A DNA stretch of 20,000 nt from Chiloscyllium plagiosum (GCF_004010195.1 NC_057749.1:25002241-25022240); one strand, 5' to 3'. Positions 8,740 to 19,455 are shown, numbered from the stretch's first letter. Program-made: numbers and translations. Notes: generated by a model not told the origin, from the letters alone.

Positions 8740-9888
8740 GTCAGCAATGGTAGCCATCAATTAAACAACTCACTGGAGGGGGAGGCTCCCCAAGTATCCC
8801 CATCCTCAATGATGGGAGAGCCCACCATATCAGGCAAAGCATCAGGTTGAAGCATTCGCAATAATCTTCAGCCAAAACTACCAAGTGAATGACCATCTCT
8901 GCCCCTCTACAGATATCCAGTATCACAGATGTCAGTCGTAAACCATCTGATTCACTCCATGTGATATTTAGACATAACTGAAGGCAATAGATACTGTAAA
9001 ATCAATGGGCCCTGACAATATTCTGTGAGTAGCACTAAAGACTTGTGTTCCAGAGTTTGCCACAACCTATTCCAGTATAACTGAGACCCTAGCATCCACT
9101 TGACATTTGACAAAGTATATCCTGTACACGAAAAGTCAAGACAACCCGCAGTTACCACCCCCACAGTCTACTCTCAGTCATCAATAAAGTGACGGAAGTG
9201 GTCATCAAGAACAGCACTTGCTTAGCAATTTGTTGAAACCTGTTCACTGATGTTTAGCTCCCGTCCTCACTACAGCCTTAGGTCAAGCATTGATAAAAGA
9301 GCTGAATTCCAGACGTGAGGTCAGACTAACTGCCTTTGACATCAAGGCCACATCCCACTGAGGGTGGCAGCAAGAAACCTGAAATCTGCAGAATGTAACT
9401 TAGGACCTGACTTTCCAAAGCCTGTCCACCATCTATAAGACACAAACCAGGCATGTGTTGGAATATTACTCACTTGCTTAATAATGCAGCTCCAAGAACA
9501 CTCAAGTGGCTTGACACCATCCAGGACACGTGGCACCACATCCAAAGCATCCACTCCCTCCACTACCGATGTTCAGTAGCAGCAGTGCGTGCCATCACAA
9601 AATGCTCTGTAGAGGTTCACCTTCCATCTAGAAGGACATGGGCAGGTAAACCACCACCTACAAGTTCCCCTCCAAGTCACTCACCATCCTGACTTGAAAT
9701 GATATTGCCATTCCTTCAGTGTTGTTGTTGGGTCAAAGTCCCAGAACACCCTCCCAGCAGCATCAGATGGTCTTCAGTCACTTCAAGACATTAGCTCACA
9801 ATCACTTTCACAAGTGCAACTGCGGATAGGCAATAAGTTCTTTTCCCAATCAGAAAAGTACACATGCTATGAATGAATATGAAAAAAC
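8740..9888 (+). mobile_element. Old, multiply deleted copy of the CR1-group LINE family at 6511-7535
   Basis: IKQLTGGGGSPSIPILNDG upstream segment and LTAFDIKA (RT). 9470-9740 aligns to 7070-7390 (gcagctccaagaacactcaag..cttgacacca.ccaggaca; caagttcccctccaagtcactcac). tgaatgaat end. Confidence 0.75.
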
Positions 9889-9899
9889 AATCCCGTCTA

Positions 9900-10030
9900 A
9901 AAGGTTATTTAAATTGTTGTGTAAGAGCTTGCTGTGCTCAAATTAACGTCATGTTTCATTACAATGATATTTATATTTATGGAGGGTTTTATTAACTGCC
10001 AAGTGCTTTGGGATGAACTGAGATCATGTT
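9900..10030 (+). mobile_element. Degenerate Deu-SINE 3' fragment
   Basis: gagcttgctgtgctcaaatt...aagtgctttgggatg is similar to 7610-7690. Confidence 0.45.
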
Positions 10031-10324
10031 TTGAATTCATCCCAGACAGATGAAGTTAATATGCAAATACATCCTGTCCCTAAATGATCTGCTTACAGCC
10101 TGTGTCCAACCCATCTGCCATGTTTGCCTAGAAGTAATTTTATTCTTGTGAAGAGATTTAGGAACATCAACATTTTTAATTCAGTCTTAAATTCCTTCTT
10201 TAGGATAATGCTGTGTTCCTTTAACAAAGATGTGGAGGGGCTGGTTGGTATTGGACTGGGTTGGGCAAGGTCAGAAGTGAATACTAGCACTCCCAGTACA
10301 GCATTGGTCCATAAAGGTAATGAT

Positions 10325-10420
10325 GATGTGCATCTATATAGCACCTATAGTATAGTGACATATCTTGAGAGGCTTCACAGGGTGATCAGATAACAATCGA
10401 CAGGAGATGTTTGGGACAGT
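10325..10420 (-). mobile_element. Possible L2-type LINE 3' tail fragment
   Basis: tgcatctatatagcacct...gcttcacag resembles the reverse complement of the L2-type tail at 7665-7720. Confidence 0.35.
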
Positions 10421-10586
10421 ACCATTGCATCACAAGACCCTTCCCTTTTGCCCACCACTACCCTGTTCATAAGTTTCTTTAGCCAACCGTGCTTGGCACA
10501 CCTCCAGTGTGATTCTGGACATTCAACAGTTAGAGAGGAGAGACATCAATTTAAGAGCGAGATAGGAAGAAATTTCTTCGCTCAGG

Positions 10587-11917
10587 ATCATAGAGTACAG
10601 AAACAGACCCTTTGGTCCAACCAGTCCATCCCAACTTAATCCCAAACTAAACTGATCATTGACTTCAGTAGGAAAAGAGGAGAATACCCCCTACCTACAG
10701 CAATGGAGCAGAGGTTGAGAATGTCAAGTTCTTCAAAGTGATGATAACAGACGACCTATCCTGGACTTTCCAATGTAGATGTGACAGTCAAGAAGACACA
10801 GCAATGCCTCTTGTTCCTTAGGCAGCTCAGGAAATTCGGCACCTCTCAAAGGACCCTCACCAATGTCTACAGATGCACCAGTGACAGCATACTGTCCGGG
10901 TGTATAATGGCCTGACAACTGCTCTGCCCAGGACCTTAAGAAACTACAGAAGGTTATGTGCACAGCCCAGACCATCAGGAAGCCAACCTCCCATCCATTG
11001 GCTCCATTTACACAGCTCGCTACCGCGGAAAGGCTGCCAACATCAACCTCTCCCACTCCGGTAATGATTGCTTACAACCTCTTCCGTCAGACAGAAGATA
11101 CAGAAACCTAAACACACAGACCAGCAGGTTCAGGAACAGCTTCTTCTCAGCTGTTATTAGACTGATGGATGGGCTATCTAGCCTCAAATAACGCTGATCT
11201 TATTAATGTTGATTTTGCCTAGCCCATGCCCTGTGTGCCTCTGTCTAAGTTCTTTTTTCACCTTTTGATCTATATATCCTTGCTTACTATGATCAGCCTG
11301 TAATGCTAGTAAACAAAGCTTTTCCACTATACTTAGGTACACGTGATGATAAATAAATCAAATCAAATCAAACTAGTCCCACCTGCCTGCACTTGGCCAA
11401 TATCCCTCCAAACATTTCTTATTCATGTACTTATCCAAATGTCTTTTAAACATTGTAACTGTACCCACACCTACCAATTCCACAGATGAATCACCCTCTG
11501 TGTAAAAATATTACCTCTCGTGTCCTTTTTAAAATCTTTCTCCTCTCACCTTAAAAATATGCTCCTTTGTCTTGAAATCCCCCCACCCTAGGGAAAAGAC
11601 ACCTGCCATCCACCTGATCTACACCACTCATCATTTTATAAACCTCTATAAGGTCCTCCCAACCTCCTACCCTCCAGTAAAAACTGAAGTCCCAGCCGAT
11701 TCAGCCTCTTCTTTTAACTCAAACCTTGCAACATCCTGGCAATTCTTTTCCGAACCCTCTCCAATTTAATAAAATCCTTCCCAGTAAACCGGAATTGCAC
11801 CGAGTGCTCCAGAAGAGGCCTCACTAACATCCTGTACATCCTCAACACTAACGTCCCAACTCCTATACTCAAAGGCCTGAGCAATAAAGGCAAGCATGCC
11901 AAATGCCTTCTTAACCA
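10587..11917 (-). mobile_element. HER1-type CR1 3' end, split by a Rex1 insertion
   Basis: Tail at 10587-10653 joins 11375 onward. Minus-strand VVKKAFGMLAFIAQAFEYRSWDV and LVRPLLEHSVQF..KLERVRKR are CR1 ORF2. Confidence 0.85.
10651..11372 (+). mobile_element. Rex1/Babar-clade LINE 3' fragment
   Basis: LIIDFSRK, ITDDLSW, VKKTQQCLLFLRQLRKFG and LPSDRRYRNLNTQTSRFRNSFFSAVIRL. (aaatc)n tail. aaact duplicated at 10649-10653 and 11370-11374. Confidence 0.85.
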
Positions 11918-12378
11918 CTCTCAGAGGGTTGTGGGTCTTTGGAACTCCTTGCCACAGAGAGCTCTGGGGGCAGAGTCCTTGTGTATATTTAAGACTCATG
12001 TAGATAGATTTTTGATCAGTCGGGGAATCAAGAGGTACAGGGAAAAGGCAGGAAAGTGGACATGAGGAATGTTGGATCAGCCATGATCCTATTGGATGGT
12101 GGAGCAGGCTTGAAGGGCCGAATGGTCTAGTCCTGGTCCTACTTCTTATGGCCTGCTGGCCTCAACACTACCACTATACCTCTTTATAATGAAAGGACAT
12201 GATCAGAACTTCTATAATTGGATTGAAAACCTTGTGATTGCAGAAAGGAATACATAATCAGGATCCCATGTAGAATCTGGGGTGGTTAATGATTCCTGCC
12301 AGAGGAGATATCTGGAAAAAAGTCAATGAAAACAGGTTTTCATTGAAAAGAACACATTATAAAAAGCAAAGAACTGGA

Positions 12379-12945
12379 GGAGGCACGGTGGCTCATTGAT
12401 TCGCACTGCTACCCTACAGCACCAGGGATCTGGGTTTGATTCCAATCTCAGGCGACAGTCGGTGTTGAGTTTGTATGTTCCCCCTGTGTCTGTGTGGGCT
12501 TCCTCCCACAGTCAAAAGATGTGAAGTTTAGATGGATTGGCCATTGGGGGTTGCAGGATCGTGGTGGGATGCTTTTTCATAGAATCCTTACAATGTGGAA
12601 ACAGGCCATTCGGCCCAACAAGTCTGCACTGACCCTCTGAAGAGTAACCTATTACTCTACATTTACCACTAACTAATGCACCTAACCAACACATCCCTGA
12701 ACACCATAGGGCAATTTAGCACGGCCTATCCACCCTAACCTGTACATCTTTGTGATTGCGGGAGGAAACCAGAGCATCCGGAGGGAAACCACGGAGGGAA
12801 TGTGCCAACTCCACACAGACAGTCACCTGAGGTCGGAATCCAGGTCCTTGGCACTGTGAGACAGCAGTGTTAACCACTGTACTATCTCGTGTGGAGGGTA
12901 CCTGATGGGCCAAATGGCCTGCTTCCACACTCTCAGGGATTCTAA
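12379..12945 (+). mobile_element. HE1 SINE split by an antisense HE1 (pieces about 12379-12576 and 12887-12945)
   Basis: Head ggcacggtggctca, decayed V-domain. Tail gatgggccaaatggcctgcttccacactctcagggattcta resumes after the insert. Confidence 0.8.
12577..12886 (-). mobile_element. HE1 SINE
   Basis: tcatagaatcc..ggaaacaggccattcggcccaacaagt through cagcagtgttaaccactg; collinear with 2388-2691. Confidence 0.9.
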
Positions 12946-12946
12946 G

Positions 12947-13253
12947 AACTGCTGGAGGTCTGAAACGGAAACGGAAAGTGCTGGAGGAAACTCAGTAGGT
13001 CTGGCAGCACCTGTGGAGAGAGAGAGAGAGAGAGACACAAACAGAGTTAGTGTTTCAGGCGCAGTGATCCAAGCTCAGAGTGGAGATGGAAGAGCAGGAG
13101 TACACTGTCTCTGACTGGCTCCCCTCCACAACTCAGCTGGGATTGGCTGCCTCCTGAAGAAGAGCCATTGGACTGGAATTGTTAACTCGGTTTATCTCTC
13201 CATCTTCACTGCCAGACCTGCTGAGTTTCTCCAGCACTTTCTGCTTTTATTCC
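12947..13253. mobile_element. Older inverted pair of Penelope pLTR fragments (minus about 12947-13059; plus about 13152-13253) with decayed HHR and (GA)n
   Basis: gaaagtgctggaggaaactcagtaggtctggcag (12974-13007) is the near reverse complement of ctgccagacctgctgagtttctccagcactttc (13209-13241). ctgaagaagagccattggactggaattgtt at 13154 is a decayed HHR. Confidence 0.75.
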
Positions 13254-14095
13254 ATAGAGAACAATTCCTTGGGGGAAAGGGTTGGGGGAGGAAAAGCTGA
13301 CATTCACTCTGTGTGTCTCTCTCTCTCTGTTTTTACTCGCAATGAAATATTTAAACGTTAAAGGGGGACTTACACTTTCTCTTTCATTTGTGTGCAGTGG
13401 GCTGGATGTCAGAGAAACAAGACTGACATTATTGCTGCATCATTGCAAAAGGGAAGGAGATACCACGGGACGACTTTCGATACTTGCCAATTATTAATGG
13501 AAAAATAATGATTTCGTTCGGGAGCTTTACATAGTTAAGAATTTACTCAAGTCTAGTTTGTCAATGTCCTGTTAACAACAGATTGGAAGAGTTTAGAGAA
13601 TGCTTTTTCTAAAACAAAAATCCTAATAATGACTTCTCTCCTTCTTAGCCCTCTGTGGTTGCATTGGCACAGGAAGGTTAAGTGTGTTACAATTGGACCA
13701 TGTGCTTCAGTTCACAAGAACTTTGTCATTTGTCGATTGACAATTTTAAAAAGGACAGCTCTTGATAAAGTGTAACAAAAGTGTGCACTGTTCCCTCACA
13801 CTCAGCCCTAAATTGTCTGTTCCCTGTCCAGTTCCTACCTGGCTCCCACTCTGTGCTGATGGTATATCTGGTTAGAAAGAAATCGAAAGCTTTAAACGCT
13901 TTGTTCCAATCCTTGATAGTTAGTCCATTTTAACCGCGCTGTATAGGAGAATGTGACATCTCTGGTTTGTATTTTCCAGCGGGTCGTTGATCCTTATCGC
14001 CCCTGGTTCAATTAAAGTGCAGGAACAAATTAAGCACAAAATTACCTTTGCCATGACTACCCGTGTACAGTAAAGACGCCACAGTTTTAACCAGA

Positions 14096-14152
14096 AATTG
14101 CTGGAAAAGCTCTGGAGAGAAATCGGGAGTTAATGTTTCAGCGACGTTTCCT
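14096..14152 (-). mobile_element. 57-bp internally deleted Penelope pLTR insert with perfect 14-bp TSD
   Basis: cagttttaaccaga at 14082-14095 and 14153-14166. Insert aattgctggaaaagctctggagagaaatcgggagttaatgtttc matches the pLTR copies at 585-635 and 12974-13058. Confidence 0.75.
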
Positions 14153-14169
14153 CAGTTTTAACCAGACTG

Positions 14170-14343
14170 CTCTCTCAGTAGAGAGAGAGAGATAACTGGT
14201 GGAAGTTTAACCTGAAGATAACTACAACAGGTTGAGAAAAGGTGTACTTCGTGGTAACTTTAGCCAGTGTGGAAACTGAACCCATTCTGTAGGCATCGCT
14301 CTGTATTGTAAGCCAGCTGTCCAGCCAATTGAACTAACCGACC
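14170..14343 (-). mobile_element. tRNA-derived SINE
   Basis: Minus strand begins ggtcggttagttcaattggctgg (A-box), then gggttcagtttccac (B-box), and ends in a (ct)n tail. Confidence 0.65.
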
Positions 14344-15554
14344 AGTATGTATATAAGTTGCTGAGTCTAGATTAGAGTGGTGCTCGACCCCTTATCGATA
14401 TTAATTTACAGTCTCAGCGTTATTTTCGGTTCTTGCTTGTGAGACTCCAACACGAGACTTCCTGAGACTGGCGTTAGTGTAAGCATTCCCCCTATTTGTT
14501 TGGCCAGAGAGCTACATAAGGCTTAAAAGAAATCTTTCAAAAGTTCCCATGAAGTGTACAACACGTATTTCTCAGCGCCTGACTAAAAATAGAAACGACC
14601 AGGAAATTGCTTTTAATATGAAATGCCATCAGCGCTTTTTTTTTAAATTTCAGATTTCTAAATGATTCCACTTTTAAAAAAAATTTCCTCTCGCCAATTT
14701 GCTTCATAAATAGTTGGTGTATCACTACAATGCACATCTCTCAATTTTCCACCCCCTGTCTCTCTGCTGCTCCCTCTCAATGCCTTTATTTGTCTTGCAA
14801 TGTTGTTAGATTTACTCTTCTGGGAGTAATCCAGTCCAGAGCAATGAGTTTTCAGAATTAGGGGATTAATTGCACCTATATTTGGAGTTGCAGACTGGAT
14901 TTTAAAGATTAATCAATCACCCTTTACCCAAACAAGGGCTAGCCAACTTTTCCCAAAAAAAAAACAAAATTACTTTCTTCAAAAGCTTCTAAATGAACGT
15001 TCTTTCCTGCTAAGGGATGACAATTTAAAACAGAAATTCAGGAGGATTTTGGCAACGTCTAAAGTCCTTTTCTTTCTGTAGGTCAGAGCGGAATAATGAC
15101 ATTGTCAGTGAATCATTAGCCACTTCAGGTTAAAATGAAGAGATCGCTCAGGGTTGAAAGGTGACAGCTAATTTCTTGTTTAACTCCCCTGACCTGCATG
15201 GGACTGACTTAAAACTGGCTTCCAGTAAAAGATGACACCTTCATCTTGTTTTTTGACTTTTAGTTTGGCAGTGAGTTCTCACTTTCCATCACTTCTCAGA
15301 AAAAAAAGTGCCCATATTTACTTGCGGTACTTTTTTTAAAAAAGGGTGACAGTTACTTAAAGTATAAAGCCACTCAGTGCCTTGCTTCATGTACTTTATG
15401 CAGGGGACACTGCATCTTTACAGCTGGTAGTTTGGCTGTATCGAGAGTTCTTATTACAATACTTATCTTGCACTGGTTCAGCCATTGATTGACAGATTGG
15501 TAAATATAAGGGTCAAAGGACATTCTTTGTGAAACTGCAATATAACATCAGCTT

Positions 15555-15660
15555 GACTGTGGTGGTAGTGTCGCAACCTCTGAACCAAGAGGCCTGGGTT
15601 CAAGTCCCACCTTCTCCAGAAGTGTATGATAGTAACTCTGAATGAATTGATTTAAAAACA
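15555..15660 (+). mobile_element. Short tRNA-derived SINE-like element
   Basis: A-box-like gtggtggtagtgt and B-box gggttcaagtccca. A related copy lies at about 19025-19110. Confidence 0.55.
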
Positions 15661-15804
15661 ACATAACAGCCTATCTCAGGAGAGGAAAGCACTCTCTGTC
15701 TGTGTACAGCCAACATGGACAGGGATGAAGGGTAGGAGCTGCACACCCAGACACGAGTGATCATTTTCACCCAAATTAATTCCATGGCAATAATAATGTG
15801 CCTT

Positions 15805-15916
15805 CCGGAAACGTTGATTCCCCTACTCCTTGAATGCTGCCTGACCTGCTGTGCTTTTTCCAGCTCCACTCTTTATCCACTCTGACCCTCCAGCATCCGC
15901 AGTCCTCACTATCTCC
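15805..15916 (+). mobile_element. Penelope pLTR fragment starting inside the HHR (GAAACGUU retained)
   Basis: Collinear with 6158-6268. Degenerate TSD caataataatgtgccttcc (15788-15806) / caacaatgatgcgcttcc (15916-15933). Confidence 0.8.
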
Positions 15917-15949
15917 AACAATGATGCGCTTCCAACACCAGCAGTTATT

Positions 15950-16190
15950 CTGGTCTCTCCATTCTCTCCTCCTCTCATTCCTGTCCATCTTCTCTCCCCT
16001 TTACTTTTCCTCTCCTTCTTGTCCCCTCTTCCCATCCCCCCTCTCCAGTTCTTCTCCTCATTCTCCNNNNNNNNNNNNNNNNNNNNNNNNNNNNNNNNNN
16101 NNNNNNNNNNNNNNNNNNNNNNNNNNNNNNTTCTACTCCCATTTTCCCCTCCCCAATTCCTTCATTTTTCCCTCCCACCCCCCCCCACCA
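15950..16190. repeat. C/T-rich low-complexity tract containing an assembly gap
   Basis: Near-pure pyrimidine on the plus strand; 64 N at 16067-16130. Confidence 0.9.
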
Positions 16191-16324
16191 TCTGAAATTC
16201 TTAGGCATTTTAGGGACCAGCAGTAGACAACTAAACAAAATCTAACAAAGGGGGACAAAATTGATTCTGAGAGTAGATTGGCAAGATATATAAAAACAAA
16301 CAGCATGGGCCTCTACGGACATAT

Positions 16325-16615
16325 TCCACCCTCGGGCGACTCTCTGTGTGGAGTTTGCACGTTCTCCCCATGTCTGAGTGGGTTTCCTCCGGGTGCTCTG
16401 GTTTCCTCCCACAGTCCAAAGATGTGCAGGTTAGGTGGATTGGCCATACTAAATTGTCCCATAATATCCATAGTAAATGCAGGGTTACAGGGATAGGGTG
16501 GGGGCAGCGAGGGGGGAGGGTTTGTGATGGGATGTTCTTCAGAGAGCCAGTGTGAACTTGATGGGCTGACTAGCCTGCTTCCACACCAGAAGGATTCTAT
16601 GATTCTATTCTATGA
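16325..16615 (+). mobile_element. 5'-truncated HE1 SINE nested in CR1
   Basis: V-domain ctgtgtggagtttgcacgttctcccc..ggtttcctcccacagtccaaagatgtgcaggttagg; tail attctatgattctattctatga. Confidence 0.9.
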
Positions 16616-17064
16616 TGTAAAAAGAGAGAAGTTAAAGCAGGTATGGGACCTTGGAGGCTCCAACTGTGGAATTGCTAATGAGGAGCAGAGAAATTGCAGA
16701 TAATTGAAACCAATATTTTACATCAGCCTACACCATGGAAAACACAATAAAGACACTAGAAAAACAAAGTGCTAATGGGATGAAAGATTTTGCGACAGTG
16801 TCTATCTTTACCTGACAAACTCATGGGACTAAAAGCTGACCAGGCATTAGGGTCCAGTGGCCTGTGTCCAAGGATTTGAAAGAAAATGCTTGTAGAAATA
16901 GTGGAGGCATTGGTTGAAATATTCTAGAACTCACTAGACTATGGAAAGTTCCCATCAAATCGGAAAACTGCCAAAGTGACATCCCTATTCAAGAAGGAAG
17001 GAAGACAGAAGCAGCAAACAACAGGCCAGTTAGCTTAATTTCTGTCATTGAAATTAATAACGAA

Positions 17065-17672
17065 ATGTTGTGCATGCCTTTATTGGTCAGTGCATTAGTA
17101 TAAGAGTCGGGAGGACCTGTACAAGACATTGGTTCGGCCACTTTTGGAATACTGCATTCAGTTCTGGTCTCCCTGCTATAGGAAAGATGTGAAACTCGAA
17201 AGATTTACAAGGATGTTGCCAAGCATGTTGGAGGGTTTGAGCTATAGGGAGAGGCTGAATAGGCTGGGGCTGTTTTCCCTGGAACATCGGAGGCTGAGGG
17301 GTGACCTTATAGAGGTTTATACAATCATGAAGGGCATGGATAGCATAAATAGCTAAGGTATTTTCCCCAGGTTAGAGGAGTCCAGTACTAGAGGGCATAG
17401 GTGTAAGGTGAGGGGGGAAAGATTTAAAAGGGACCTAAGGGGTAACTTTTTCACACAGAGGATGGTGTGTGTATGGAAGGGGCTACCAGAGGAAATGATG
17501 GAGGCTGGTACAATTACAGCATTTAAAAGACATCTGGATGGGTATCTGAATAGGAAGGGTTTAGTGGAATATGGGAAAATGCTGGCAAATGGGATTAGGT
17601 TAATTTCGAATATCTGTTGGCGTGGACGAGTTGGACCGAAGGGTCTGTTTCTGTTCTTTATAGCTCTATGAT
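17065..17672 (+). mobile_element. HER1-type CR1 3' end nested in older CR1
   Basis: [47 protein letters not shown] and GERFKRDLRGNFFTQR. Ends ctctatga; the host RT motifs resume afterwards. Confidence 0.92.
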
Positions 17673-18060
17673 GCTATAAGTAGAAAGACATTCAGAAAAG
17701 TTTGACACAATCCAAAAGAGTCAGGATGGTTTTGTGAAAGTGAAATTATGTATGACAAATTTGCCAGCGTTCTTAATAAGCAGGGTTGATAAGGAAGAAC
17801 CAGTGAATGGAATGTGTTTGGGTTTCCAGAAGGCATTTGATAAGGTGCCAAATAAAGGGTTTTTTTTGCATAAGGTGGGAACTCATGATACTGAGGGTAA
17901 TGTATCAGCATGGACTGAGGATTGGCTAACACACAGAAGACTGTGAATCAAGATTGATTGGTCTTTTTCAGGTTGGAAAGTTATAACTAATGGAGTAGCA
18001 CAAGATTCGGTGGCATCAATTATCTATGATCTACATTGGAAGTGGGGAAAGTGTATAAAC

Positions 18061-18425
18061 CATAGAATCCCCGTAACATGGAAACAGGCCATTCAGCTCA
18101 ATGGGTCAACATCAGCACTCCAGAGAGCATCCCACCCAGACCCATTCCCCCATCTTTGTAACCCTGCAATTCCCATAGCTAATGCACCTATCTACACATC
18201 TCCGAACATTATGGGCAATTTAGCTTGGTTAATCCATCTAACTTGCACATCTTGACAGGGAGGAAACCCACACAGAAGCAGGGAGAACGTGCAAACAGCA
18301 CACAGTCAGTGGAATCAAACCTGGGTCCCTGGTATCCCCTGATGCTGCCTGGCTTGCTGCACTCCTGCCTGTCTTCCCCGCTATTGTGAGGCAGCACTAC
18401 TAACCAGTGAGTCACCGTGCCACCC
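18061..18425 (-). mobile_element. HE1 SINE nested in CR1, itself containing a ~48-bp pLTR-like insert (about 18333-18380)
   Basis: Collinear with 2388-2691. Extra cctgatgctgcctggcttgctg between gggtccctgg and tgtgaggcagca resembles the pLTR gatgctgcctgacctgctg. Confidence 0.8.
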
Positions 18426-18769
18426 ACTGGAAGCAAGTAAAGATCTGCTGACAATACAAAAATAGGTGGGAGACCATACTGTGATGAGGATATAAAAAAT
18501 CTGGAATGGGTTGTAGATAGGTTGAATAAGTGGGAGAAACTTGGCAGAAGAAGTAAGGAGACGTGGGTGAATGAAATGCAAAATGCTAGCATTCAGGTGC
18601 AGCAAGTAATTAAGAAGGCAAATGGAATTTTTTTTTATTATTGGAGGGTTGGAATTTTAAAACAGGGAAGTCTTGTTACAACTGTGCAGGGTGTTGGTGA
18701 AGCTGCACTTGGAGTGCTGCCAACAGTTTTGGTCCCTGTATTTAGGAAAGGCTGAACTGGCATTGGAGG

Positions 18770-18867
18770 CATTGATTCCTGATGAAGGGCTCCTGCCCGA
18801 AACGTCGATTCTCCTGCTCCTCGGATGCTGCCTGACCTGCTGTGCTTTTCCAGCACCAGCCTAACCT
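18770..18867 (+). mobile_element. 98-bp Penelope pLTR mini-insert with perfect 12-bp TSD
   Basis: tggcattggagg at 18758-18769 and 18868-18879. Removing the insert and one TSD copy restores CR1 ..LALEVIQKRFT. Confidence 0.88.
18774..18811 (+). ncRNA. Minimal type I hammerhead ribozyme motif
   Basis: CUGAUGA 18779-18785, extra A, stem II GGGC uccu GCCC, GAAA 18799-18802, then CGUC. Predicted GUC cleavage after C18806. Stem I GAUUC/GAUUC with one U-U mismatch. Confidence 0.72.
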
Positions 18868-19009
18868 TGGCATTGGAGGTGATTCAAAAGAGGTTCACGA
18901 AGCAGATTCCTGGGATGATGGAGTTAACTCATCAGGAATGGCTAAACAGGGTAAACCTTTATTCATTAGAGTTTTGATAAGTATGGACTGATCTTAGCGA
19001 AACGTACAA

Positions 19010-19110
19010 GGTGGACAATTCTTATGGGTATCCCAAACTCTGTGCTAGGAGGCTCCAGTTCAAGTCCCATTGGTTCTCTAGGTATACAACATTTGAAATG
19101 AGGAAAAAAT
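19010..19110 (+). mobile_element. Decayed short tRNA-derived SINE-like insert in CR1
   Basis: gaggctccagttcaagtccca matches 15589-15609. It interrupts CR1 between ETYK and gagggaacttgacagg. Confidence 0.5.
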
Positions 19111-19455
19111 GTGAGGGAACTTGACAGGTCAATGCTGAGAAGATGTTTTCAAGAGAGGAGCAATCACTAGTATTGTTCCAGAATAAGAAGACACACTCAT
19201 TTAACACTGAGACGCAAAGCAATTCGTTCTCTCAGAGAGTAGTGAATACCTGGAATTCTCTACTCCAGAGACCTGTGGAGGCTAGAATGTATGTAAAAAT
19301 GATTTAGACAGATTTGTGAAATATTGGGGAGGGCTTTGATGAGCTGGCACGATGGGGGGAAGTCAAGGCTTGGGGAAGATCAGCTATGATCTTGTTGAAT
19401 GGTGGTTATTGAGGGGCTGAGTGGTCTATTGCTTCTATTTCTGAAGTTATGTTCC

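Larger units (their letters stand above)
10525..12150 (+). mobile_element. Older CR1 3' end split by nested insertions (pieces about 10525-10585 and 11920-12150)
   Basis: FKSEIGRNFFAQ continues after the inserts as RVVGLWNSLPQRA. CR1 3' UTR gatcagccatgatc..gggccgaatgg..cctacttcttatg. ctcag is duplicated at 10581-10585 and 11920-11924. Confidence 0.8.
16195..19455 (+). mobile_element. Old CR1 LINE ORF2 remnant through the 3' UTR, carrying several younger nested insertions
   Basis: Ordered motifs with stops and frameshifts: LARYIKTNS; LMGLKAD; WK-like TAKVTSLFKK..RPVSL; GFVKVKLCMTNL; LGFQKAFDKVP; ADNTKIGG; VIKKANG; LVKLHLECCQQFWSLYL; then a CR1 tail near 19380-19450. Confidence 0.85.

Noticed and set aside
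15082..15128. Coding micro-exon SERNNDIVSESLATS
   Set aside because: The acceptor is good but the donor (gttaaa) is weak, the peptide is unrecognised, and no partner exons were found.
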